Shown here piece after piece: positions 45,501 to 54,015 of a stretch of DNA of 64,000 bases. The stretch comes from Marsupella aquatica (Eukaryota > Plantae > Marchantiophyta). Made by a program: the position numbers and the translations under genes. The first letter of the stretch is position 1. Each line of letters begins with the position of its first letter. The stretch lies in NCBI GenBank assembly GCA_973895155.1, contig OZ316892.1:22235168-22299167 (forward strand), read 5' to 3'. The notes beneath the pieces were generated by a model. The model was not told the DNA's origin. It ran no database searches and saw nothing but the letters and a program-made list of their open reading frames with translations.

Positions 45501-45852
45501 TCATACCTCCATAAACTGGGATCTCGGCTGGACTAGCCGAGTCGGTCCCTTCCTTGGTGTCCATAGATTGTCCCCTTACCGGTCTATTCGGTTTTGAATT
45601 AGTGGTCGGCTCCCCTTCCTGCCTTGGCTCTAGATCGTGTCTGTCCATCTCATCCACCTCTTGCTCCTGAGAGTTAGGCCGCTGTGCTCTCTCGGCTTCT
45701 AATAGGGCCTCAATTTGTTCTGCCCTCGTAATCGGCTTGTATGCCGATCCCTTGGTATTTAATTCCTTGCCGATGATCGATGGCGTTGTGGACCCCGTCG
45801 GCTCTGCCACAACGCCTGCAGAAAATCCACTGTCCCTGCTACTGCTCCCCAC
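42586..45852 (-). CDS. pol: Pol: reverse transcriptase, RNase H, integrase
   Basis: RT motifs DYRKLN, MPFGLCNAP and FIDDF; RNase H VDVS..YSTTEREAL; integrase HHCC zinc finger, WGIDYIGP, SDRGTHF and YHPKANGLTER. The stop codon lies inside the 3' LTR. Confidence 0.97.
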   Translation of the reverse strand: MGSSSRDSGFSAGVVAEPTGSTTPSIIGKELNTKGSAYKPITRAEQIEALLEAERAQRPNSQEQEVDEMDRHDLEPRQEGEPTTNSKPNRPVRGQSMDTKEGTDSASPAEIPVYGGMRLERLEAELDPNLKKQINMIQARQYRKLDLGEGRELNLGRNLAPELEKEISDLLIEFQDVFAWSHQDLKGVDPTLGEHRIDLMLGAKSFRQPIRRMNPKYSLLVKTEIDKLVEAGFITPVLHSDWVSPIVIVPKKAGPDGKPKIRVCQDYRKLNEATLKDHFPLPFTDMVLDMVASHELYSFMDGYSGYNQIRIRQEDQIKTAFITEWGIYVFNRMPFGLCNAPAMFQRLMVNIFHDYLRKFMEIFIDDFAVFGKASKHAKYLRKTFMRCREVGLKLHPDKCFFAVTEGVLLGHKVSRKGIEIDKGKLAVWLDIMQPKNIKDVRSFLGCIGYYRRFIKDFAKLALPLTNMLKAGADFEPTPERVTAVVELKQMLVEAPVMIAPDWNKDFHVFVDVSGFCIGSVLSQLDEKGRDHPIYFASRQLADAERNYSTTEREALGVIYSCKKFRHYLLGYKVIFHTDHESLKYLVNKPDLTGRVARWILLLQEFDYELRIKPGKLHANADFFSRITGKPATDCIDDRFPDEELFVVEIASTWYPEILQFLSTSRLQPGLSREQAAVFVRKVRQYQCIKGILHKHGINGTIQRCLEKREVKRVLRAMHGEEAGGHFAPVTTSKKILNAGYWWPTLHKDVYQFIKQCDPCQRAGGPRASTRHPLHPILPLAPFEKWGIDYIGPLKPLTHPRRNKYIILATDYATKWVEARPTTKDDAITTARFMYEQIFTRYGASLELVSDRGTHFLNDIISRLIEQYLVKHRPTTPYHPKANGLTERANGIIGKILNKTVAQNKLDWDDKLFAAVFAYNLAYKSTTGHTPFFLTFGQEALVPMQLEIPTFQVTIEERASAEESLKEREYRLEALEEARMISAERVEYRQNIMKQQYDKRLKVVSIHTGDLVLLYDSRYSRFPGKLYTRWLGPFRVTMMFPNGSVQLANITGEVYPVHIHYDRLKKYYMDEDEVVREDASQLSGELCDA
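42600..42611 (-). other. Polypurine tract (TAAGTGGGGAGC)
   Basis: Purine-rich tract 2 nt before the 3' LTR in element orientation. Confidence 0.75.
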
Positions 45853-48560
45853 TTAGCCGTTTCATCCAATTGGTCTACATCCTTTACTTCCTCCGGAATT
45901 TCAGCTAAAAAGGTGGATTCTATTGTAAAGCAGTCCTCGACCTCTTCGTCTTCTTCTTCCAAGTCACCTTCCATTGGTTCTTGCCATAATCCGCTGGGGG
46001 GTACCTCTGGTCCAAAGACACCTTCTTCGGTTAGGTTAGTGAGGCATTCTAACCAACGTACTTCATCGGCTGACTCCAGTCCACTATCGTACCCATCTAC
46101 TTCCCTTATGCTTTTCCTACGGTCATCCTTAGTGTCCCAGGATACCGTGATAGAGGGGGTCCCGAAAGTGAACTGCTTTTTACCCCAATCTTCTATTACC
46201 TCGGCTAGGTACAGCCATGGCCTACCAATCAATAGCCGGAATGATGTAGGATTTACCGGCTTCATTACTACATAGTTAATGCTAAAGAAGATACCTCCTA
46301 TCTCTGTCTTGATGCCGGTTAACACTCCCGTCGGAATGACCTGATATCCATTGGCCATGTTCAACACTCTTCCAGTCATCTCCGGTGTTAGACCCCACCC
46401 TTTTGCTGTTGAATCAATCATAATACATACCCCTGATCCTCCATCGATGGGTACCCGTAGTAATAATTCTCCTTGAATCATTAATGGTAATGCTGGGGCT
46501 CCTTGATCTTCTTCTATCATTAGTACGTCGGATCTGGTTGCTACCTTGGGTAATCTCGGCTTGCCGAGAATAGCCTTCCTTAATTGCTTCCGGAAGTACG
46601 GGCTATTTTTCAATAGTTGACCTACTGTTGCCGAGACTCTAGATTCTAGTACATCTTTAGCCAGGTCATAGGGAACAATCGGCTTCTCTTCTGGTGGTGT
46701 TTCCGTCTTGGATTCGGCCAGTTTTGCCACGCTAGTCTCCACAGCTGTTGGGTCTTCCGAAGCAAACAATGCTTTTGCTCGTTTTACATCCTTGGCAATG
46801 GCTTCGGTATTCTCCAGGGTTTCTAATTCTCTTAGTTGTTCCTTAACACTAGCCGTAACAGAGGGGTAGAACAACTTAGGATGATCTCGATTGAAGTCGC
46901 TATCTTGTGAAGGATTGGTTTCACTGGTGGGCTCATGGCTTACCTGTATTGCCGGAGCCCTCCTTTCTCCTTCTGTTGATGTTGACGAAGAGTCGATCCT
47001 TTCCTCCGTAACCTTCCCTTTATTTTTGGCCAGCCCATCCCACCTTTCCTTCCTTCTGGTAGATCGAGTAGAGACCCGGTAGCAATCATGATCTAAATCC
47101 TCCTCTGAGAAGGTTGATAGGGCTTCGGCCTCATCATCAGATGGTACGAACTCTGCCTCGGCATCCTCTTGCCATCCTAGTTCGATGTGGTTGATTTGAA
47201 CTCCTCCGGGGGTAGTACCTGGCGGTAAGATCTTGATCGGCAAAAGCTTATGATTTGCGGCCAGGCCTGCCAACCAAGTAGGACATTGCCCTAGCATATG
47301 ACCTTCCTGTCGGCATCCCATACATAGCTGAGCTGGTTGTCCATCACCCTGTTTGCGTGCATTCGGGCATTCTCTAGCAAAATGGCCAGGTTGACCACGA
47401 TTATAGCACGCCGCAAATCTTTGCACATTCGGCCTAGGAGGTACTGACGGGTTCTGAATAATCCGAGGATACATCTCTCCTGGATTGTTCCTTAACCCTG
47501 ACCACAGAGATGCAGGTCTGTTGGATAGGTCTCGTGCTCCAGTCTCACTGATGCCGAAAACACTATCAGCGGCATCTCCCAAAAAGTACTCTACTTCTCC
47601 CTGACATGGTCTGATCTCGGCCACATGCCGAACATGATTAGTATTAAGCTTAGGACACGCATCTTTATGGTGTCCGGTTTTATAACATAAGGCACACCAT
47701 ACAGAGCTATCCTCCTGTACTACCTTCTTCTTTGGTTTTACCTCTGCAATGATAGCCTTAAGTTGCTCGGTAAGGGCTACGATGTTATCTGGTGGCTTAG
47801 CCTCCATCTTGACTTTCGTCTTCCCTCTCCTTCTGCCCTTCCTTTTCCTAGTTTTTTCTTCTTCAGAACTAGAAGATGACTCACTCTTGCTACTCCCACT
47901 ATCCGAGCTTGACTTATCACTTCTAGACTTCTTGGAATGTTTCTTCTTCTTATCTTTTTTCTTATGGGGTGATCCCTCCTCTGATGAGGAACTCTCAGAC
48001 TTAAGCTGTTTCTTCCGGCTTGTGATATCTGCATTAATGTATAATTGAATATCCTTAATTGCTTCGGCTAAAGTCTCCGGGTTCTCCTTCCTAATTGCAA
48101 AACTCATCTTCTGTGGCAAAGCATTCACTAACCATTGAAGTTGCATACCTTCAGATGCATTGGTCTTTGTACGTCTTACCAGTTTCTAAAAGCGTTGCAA
48201 GAACTTCCTGAAGGATTTGTTCTCCTTGAACCGAAGTTGTCCCAACTTCAGCACTGCTAGTTCTGAAGTTCCAATGGGTCGAAACTCCTTAACAAAGAGT
48301 GTTTTGAAGATATCCCAGATGGCTTGATCTTCCACATCTAATGCTCTGTACCAAGGCCTAGCCTCACCCTTGAACAGGCCGGGAAGAATCTGCATCTTGA
48401 TGGCCGATTCTCCATTTGCTGCAGCGGTTCCCTCGAAATCATCCAACCATTCGTCCGGATCCTCATCTCCTCTCCCATGAAATGCCTTGTAATGTATGCG
48501 TGACCGCTGGCTCAATCTGGTCCCTGGCCTCTCGTCTGGCCGTGCCTCTGGTTCCCCCAT
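45759..48560 (-). pseudogene. gag: Gag-protease ORF with one in-frame stop (48186-48188)
   Basis: Capsid-like segment (FHGRGDEDPDEWL..EARPWY); three CCHC knuckles (one with C>R); protease IDGGSG. ORFs 48186-48560 and 45759-48146 share one frame. A possible upstream ATG at 48743 is followed by two stops. Confidence 0.9.
45769..45828 (-). promoter_or_regulatory. Putative programmed -1 ribosomal frameshift signal
   Basis: G GAT TTT heptamer in the gag-PR frame (45828-45822), 5-nt spacer, perfect 10-bp stem GGCGTTGTGG/CCACAACGCC. The loop GCCGA can pair with downstream TCGGC. Pol is in the -1 frame. Confidence 0.75.
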
Positions 48561-48765
48561 GTCGGTTGGAGACTCACTTCTCCTTACCGACTCTTCTTCT
48601 GGTATGTCTTCTTCGACGCCACTTCCAGTTTCGGAGCTACCAGCTCTTTCTGCCCCTCTCAGTCGCTGTGTATCATGCCACCCGGCGAGCTGCTTCCCTC
48701 GGCGTAAGGTCAGTCATTACCTACGCTTCCGTTCTAACTTCATATCTCACGGCTTAAGAAATGCC

Positions 48766-48782
48766 CCCTCCATCTAGCGCCA
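48766..48782 (-). other. Primer-binding site, tRNA-Asn type
   Basis: TGGCGCTAGATGGAGGG 4 nt after the 5' LTR; complementary, with one mismatch, to the plant tRNA-Asn(GTT) 3' end CCCTCCTTCTAGCGCCA (tRNA sequence recalled, not searched). Confidence 0.8.
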
Positions 48783-48786
48783 AAAA

Positions 48787-51700
48787 TGTGGTGCGTCCCA
48801 TGGCTCCCTAAACCCAAGAAACCCCCCAGCTCAAGCCGATTCCCGCAGGTTTCGTGCTTGGCGAGGCCGTTTCCGCGGCTTAGCGGCATGGGACGCTGCT
48901 AACCTTCTACTACTACTATTAACATTTTATACACATATACTGGACAGATCCTTCATCGGGTCATGAGATACGTAGCCGGCCTAATATAGGCCTTCCCCTG
49001 TCTTCCCCTGTCTTCCCCTCCGTCTTGTTAGGTATGTTTGGATTCCGCCGCCGGAATGATCCCCAATAGGCTTGGTTAAGCCGCTAAGACCTCTCTCAGC
49101 TCGACACATCCAACTCTCACTCCCCTGCTTACTTTCCTTCCTTCTGTTGATGTGGGCACTCTTCACACAAGTTAATGCGACACACAAATAGCAAAATGAC
49201 TCATTCTGACTGAGTCATACCATGCACTTGCCATACAAACAGTACATCTCATACACAAGTTCTGCGAACTAAGCCGTGAGGCCAACTCTATTCAGCTCTT
49301 AGGCATGAGGAAACATGAATATACACAAGGGTCACTGTATGACTAACCGAGAGCTTCTCGTACTACTTGATCCCAGCCCGGCTGGTGCAAACTAAAAACT
49401 TGCTAAAGAAGAGGCCCTGAGCTCCCCGCTGCCCAGGTACTTATCCTGGTAGTGGATCCGCCATTCTTTGCATCGTAAGCCTAATCTACTTAACAGTAAT
49501 CTACTTGCCCGAATCTACCTATGTACAGCAAGGCAGGAGCACAAGTGTTGCTCCTACCAGTGGGACCGCAATCCCACTAAGCTAAGTGTCAGGGCCGCTC
49601 CTGGTTCTGATCCTAATCCTAAACGTGGAGATCCGCGCCCGCCCTGCCCACTCACGCCTCCTCCCTCCACGTCCGCCCTCCCTAAAAGGAACGGTGCCCT
49701 TGCACCGTCACGACACCGGTGGTGGATCCTCAATGGACGCCCCCAACACTTCCTCCTCAGCCACTGCCGTTGGCCCGCCTATTGACAGATTACCTGCCCT
49801 TGACCGAGTCAACTCTCCATCGGCCTGATTGGGTCCACCTTCGGCTTCAGCCTCGACACCGGCCTCGGCAATACCCACGGCTTCGGCCTCAGCCACTCCC
49901 ACGGCTTCGGCTTCAGCCACTCCCTCGGCTTCGGCCTCAGCCACCCCCACGGCTTCGGCCTCCCCTTCCCCTAGGGTAGTTGGATCCTTAGCCGTGACCC
50001 TGTCTGGGGTCGGTGCTGGGTCTACCTCCTTGATCACCACGGCCTGTGAAGTCGTATTACTCCTTGACCCTGGAGGTTTCCGCTTCTTCTTCGTTGGTGG
50101 CTCGGCAGCTCGTCCCTTCCCCTTCCCACTTACTTCCGGCACTGGTGCAGTTGACGCGGCTTGTCCTTCGGCAATTACCACCCCTGGTAACTGGTTTGTC
50201 CCAACGGGAGATGGACCTGCTGCAGCTAAGCATTTAAATACTGCGGCTTGTTTCTTCAGCCGCTCTGTTTGGTTGTCGGCCCGCCGCTGTAGGTTCTCCA
50301 TCTTCCTCGTGATTTCCTCCAACTCCTCTTGGGTTTCATCCAGGTCCTTACGTGCCCCCTCCAGCTCGTTTTTGGCCTCCTCCTGCTCCCTGTGGGCTTC
50401 CTCCAATTCCTTCTTCAAGGTAGCCCTCTCCTCCTGGGTTGCTCTTAGCTCCTTGTCGAGCTCTGCAATGATGACAGACTCCATCTGGTTCATCTTGGCG
50501 TAAGTCTGTTCGAGCATCTCATCCTTCTCCCTTAGGTCGGCCTTGAAGCTGGCCGTCAGGGACGCAAGCTCCTGCTGCAGCGCCATAATCCCTTGATAGG
50601 ATTTCCCTAACTCGACCTCCTTCTGCTCAAGGGCTCCGCGGATTTTCTCGAGCTCCCCTTTCAACGCCCATTCCTTTCTTTGGGTCTCCGCCATGGCCCG
50701 GCTGTTGGCTGTTATGTGGGCCTCCTCTGTATTCTTCAGCTCTTGCTTCCACTTTTCCCTCTCTTTGATCGTGTCGGCCAACTCTTCCTGCGTCTGAGTC
50801 AGTTTATCCTTGATATTCTGATTATCAGCCTGCGCGGCGTCCAACTGCCCCTGCATGATGTTCAGCTCATGTTGTTTAATCCGCAGTTCATCTTGGGCTT
50901 TCTTGGCCGCCCTTAGATCTTCAATCTCGGCTCCCATCCTCCTAAGCCGCCGAATGACCTCGTCCTTCTTGCTTCTCTCTAAAGCCACCGCTTCTTCTAA
51001 TTGGTGCTTCTCCAACTGCTCCCTATGGAAAAAGGGTCCTATCTCCAACTCCTCTCCAAAGATGCCGAGCGCAAGTTCCCCACACATCTCACCATACTCC
51101 ATGGCTCTATTCTTAGCGTAGGTGGAGTAAGTAGAAGTGATCGGCATCGCCCATCGTGGCCTCTGCTCCCAAGCCGTCCTGCGGATCTCTTCAATCGTGG
51201 CTAGAGGTTTGCTTCCTTTTTCGGCTAGCCGCCTGATGTCCTCCGGCCAATCTCCTCCTGGTAAATCCTTTTCCTTAGCCAGGGCGGCCTCTTCCTCCTG
51301 CTTGATTCGCTCCTGAAATTCCTGCACCGTCTGTTTTATGCCGTCGAAGCTCGGGGGAGCAACATCTGGTGGGGGAGACTCAGGGCTACTCTGCTGGTTG
51401 GGGTCCCCTCGCACTACCCTTGGAAGTGTGGGGACAAACCGGCCACAGGTCCTTACTCCTGGAACGTGATGGTCCGACCCATAGCCGGAATTATCATGGC
51501 TGCAGTCCTCCACTGCCTCCTCTACCTCTTGGACGTCCGGCTTCTCCCTCTCCTCTTCGTCGGTAGGAGCTTCAGGCAATTCTGCCTCAGATTCGGAGCT
51601 TGAGGTTCCCACGTACATTCGAACACCTGGCTTGGATTCCGGCCTGATTCTCTCCTTGTCTCCAGCAAAGGGGTTTTCTCTTGTGAGCCGGTGTAGGCCT

Positions 51701-53470
51701 ACCTCTGTAGTAGTGTCCTGCATTGTTGCCGTTGCCGTTGTTGTTGCCGATGCCGATTTCTTTTCTTTCTCCAGTAGTTTCAGCAGACTCTGCATGCCTG
51801 GTTGCTGCATCGGCAAGTCTTCCTTCCTGGGCCTAAACACCTGCTCGATCGTAGGACTAACAGGTGGTTGAGGCTTCTCAGCCAACGGCCTCGGCGTTGG
51901 AGCTTCCTCGGGTGCCCTTACCTGCAGGGGAAGTACCGGGGCAAAAGTCTGACCTCTGGCATACCGGCACAACAGCGGCATGTGATAGCCAAGCCGCGAC
52001 ACGCTCCCCATGCCGATTACCTGCTGCTCCTCCTTTAAGATCTTCTTCAATTGGTTGAGGAGGTACCCGTTGTAGTCCCGGCTTGGGTCTGGCCTTTCTG
52101 CCAGATAGACCTGTGCCTTGCCGATCTCTGCCCTCGGCAAGTTACAATGCATGGTCACCCGCAAGAAGTCGATCATCTCTCCTATGTGCGGGTTGGTGCA
52201 GGTGTTCCGGAAGAAGCCATTCTTCGTTGATGGCCCGGGGAACGACCGGAACTCCTTGTCAGGCAAGGTCTTCCTGGTATCAACTTTGGTCTTATTGCCT
52301 ATCGGCAGGCCAAACACTTCGGCAATTACCTTGGGAGTAAGATAGAAATCCCTCCCATATATCCTCGTGCAATTGGTCTCGGGTTCCCATGACCCCACGA
52401 ATTCTAATAGGTCTGACTCCGGTACCTCCGGCTTCAGCCATGGTAATCTTACAAAGGCCTCCAAGCCGGATCCGGCCATGAAGCCTTGGTACTTCTTGGT
52501 CTGCATGGCCGTAAAGCATGCATCCTCCTCCCGTGCAAAATGTAGTTGCACCTCCACCGGTAGGGTTGCCGCCCAGCCCTTCCAGGTGTCATCCCTGGTT
52601 GGAATGGCCTTGATGGGATCGACCTCCTCCTCTTCGGCTTCTCCCTGCCTCCTGCTCTGCTGCTCGGCTGGCTTCTTTGGTGCCGCCGACCTCGTTCTTT
52701 TTGCCGGGGTGGCTTCATCGTTGACGGCTCCCTTCCTCTTCATCTCTGCTGCCGTGGAGGTTTCTCCTAGCACCGTTGCCTGGGTCCACCTTTCCGTGCT
52801 ACCCTTTAATTCCCAGTGTATGTCGTTGCAGTTCTTGATGGCCTCTCGGATGCCGACGACGCTGTCTTTGCAAAACAGAAGATCGTCGAGTTGATTGGAA
52901 GTAGGCGTCCACAGGAACTCGTCCTTGATGAGTTCGCCTCCTAAGAAAGCCGTCTTCTGCAGCTCCCACAATCGAGCGAGCTCCTGCCGTTCTCGAGTTG
53001 CCCTTTCTGACTCCTCGTCCTCGTAAGTCTTGATGTACTCAGTTGCCCGTTCGAACAGGCATCCCCAGAAATGTGCCGCTTGATTGACGTTGCTCATACC
53101 CTCCTTAGGTCGATCGTCGGTATCTACTCTCTCCCCGAGTGCTTGCCTAAGCAGCTGACAGTAGTTGGCCTCCCGTAGTCGTCTGCCTAGTTCGTGCTCG
53201 CAAATGAGCCACCATCTCCTGCAAGCGCTCCTTACCCCTCTCCTCTGCCGGTCCTTCTTCCCGTTGATCCTTCCTAGCCGCCGACGCTTAACGCGCCCTA
53301 ACCCTAATCGGGTTTTCACCCTCAGCCTTACCTCCGGCCTCTGCCCGGGTTCCATGGTTGCCCCTAATTGTTTATATTTTCCTTGTTTTGTCACTATACT
53401 AAGGTGTTCCTAGGGTGCCTTCCTGCTTTACCCACTTAACCGGCCGAGTGATTCCTGTCTAGGCATCACA
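48787..53470 (-). repeat. 5' LTR (4,684 bp)
   Basis: Direct repeat of 37914-42597, adjacent to the PBS. Confidence 0.97.
49708..53394 (-). CDS. Second intact copy of the 1228-codon LTR-internal ORF
   Basis: Same length as 38835-42521, with 14 aa differences. Confidence 0.9.
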   Translation of the reverse strand: MTKQGKYKQLGATMEPGQRPEVRLRVKTRLGLGRVKRRRLGRINGKKDRQRRGVRSACRRWWLICEHELGRRLREANYCQLLRQALGERVDTDDRPKEGMSNVNQAAHFWGCLFERATEYIKTYEDEESERATRERQELARLWELQKTAFLGGELIKDEFLWTPTSNQLDDLLFCKDSVVGIREAIKNCNDIHWELKGSTERWTQATVLGETSTAAEMKRKGAVNDEATPAKRTRSAAPKKPAEQQSRRQGEAEEEEVDPIKAIPTRDDTWKGWAATLPVEVQLHFAREEDACFTAMQTKKYQGFMAGSGLEAFVRLPWLKPEVPESDLLEFVGSWEPETNCTRIYGRDFYLTPKVIAEVFGLPIGNKTKVDTRKTLPDKEFRSFPGPSTKNGFFRNTCTNPHIGEMIDFLRVTMHCNLPRAEIGKAQVYLAERPDPSRDYNGYLLNQLKKILKEEQQVIGMGSVSRLGYHMPLLCRYARGQTFAPVLPLQVRAPEEAPTPRPLAEKPQPPVSPTIEQVFRPRKEDLPMQQPGMQSLLKLLEKEKKSASATTTATATMQDTTTEVGLHRLTRENPFAGDKERIRPESKPGVRMYVGTSSSESEAELPEAPTDEEEREKPDVQEVEEAVEDCSHDNSGYGSDHHVPGVRTCGRFVPTLPRVVRGDPNQQSSPESPPPDVAPPSFDGIKQTVQEFQERIKQEEEAALAKEKDLPGGDWPEDIRRLAEKGSKPLATIEEIRRTAWEQRPRWAMPITSTYSTYAKNRAMEYGEMCGELALGIFGEELEIGPFFHREQLEKHQLEEAVALERSKKDEVIRRLRRMGAEIEDLRAAKKAQDELRIKQHELNIMQGQLDAAQADNQNIKDKLTQTQEELADTIKEREKWKQELKNTEEAHITANSRAMAETQRKEWALKGELEKIRGALEQKEVELGKSYQGIMALQQELASLTASFKADLREKDEMLEQTYAKMNQMESVIIAELDKELRATQEERATLKKELEEAHREQEEAKNELEGARKDLDETQEELEEITRKMENLQRRADNQTERLKKQAAVFKCLAAAGPSPVGTNQLPGVVIAEGQAASTAPVPEVSGKGKGRAAEPPTKKKRKPPGSRSNTTSQAVVIKEVDPAPTPDRVTAKDPTTLGEGEAEAVGVAEAEAEGVAEAEAVGVAEAEAVGIAEAGVEAEAEGGPNQADGELTRSRAGNLSIGGPTAVAEEEVLGASIEDPPPVS

Positions 53471-53475
53471 TCCAC

Positions 53476-54015
53476 TGAGGAACAGACACCGTTGCCATGA
53501 CGGTGGTGGAGGGCCGCTCCTTTCAAGGAGGGCGGACGTGGAGGGAGGAGGCGTGAGTGGGCAGGGCAGGCTCAGATCTCTAAGTTTAGGATTAGGATCA
53601 GGACCAGGAGGCGGCCCTGACACTTAGCTTTGTGGGATTGCGATTCCACTGGTAAGAGCAACACTTGTACTTCTGCCTCGCTGTACATAGGTAGATTTAG
53701 TTAGGTAGATTAGGCTTACGCTACAAGGAATTAGGCGGATCCACTACCAGGATAAGTACCTGGGCAGCGGGGAGCTCAGGGCCTCTTCTTTAGCAAGTTT
53801 TTAGTTGCACCAGCCGGGCTGGGATCAAGTAGTAAGAAAAGCTCTCGGTTAGTCATACAGTGACCCTTGTGTATATTCATGTTTCCTCATGCCTAAGAGC
53901 TGAATAGAGTTGGCCTCACAGCTTAGTTTGCAGAGCTTGTGTATGAGATGTACTGTTTGTATGGCAAGTGCATGGTATGACTCAGTCAGAAGGAGTCATT
54001 TTGCTATTTGTGTGT
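53476..54015 (+). mobile_element. 3' remainder of LTR copy C2, truncated ~400 bp before the LTR end
   Basis: Continues C2 after the TSD; matches the reverse complement of ~38310-38860; similarity stops after GCTATTTGTGTGT. Confidence 0.85.

Larger units (their letters stand above)
37914..53470 (-). mobile_element. Full-length Ty3/gypsy LTR retrotransposon (non-chromovirus, Athila/Tat-like RT), 15,557 bp
   Basis: Two 4,684-bp TG..CA LTRs; TSD TCCAC (37909-37913 and 53471-53475); PBS; PPT; domain order gag-PR-RT-RH-INT; no chromodomain seen. Confidence 0.97.
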
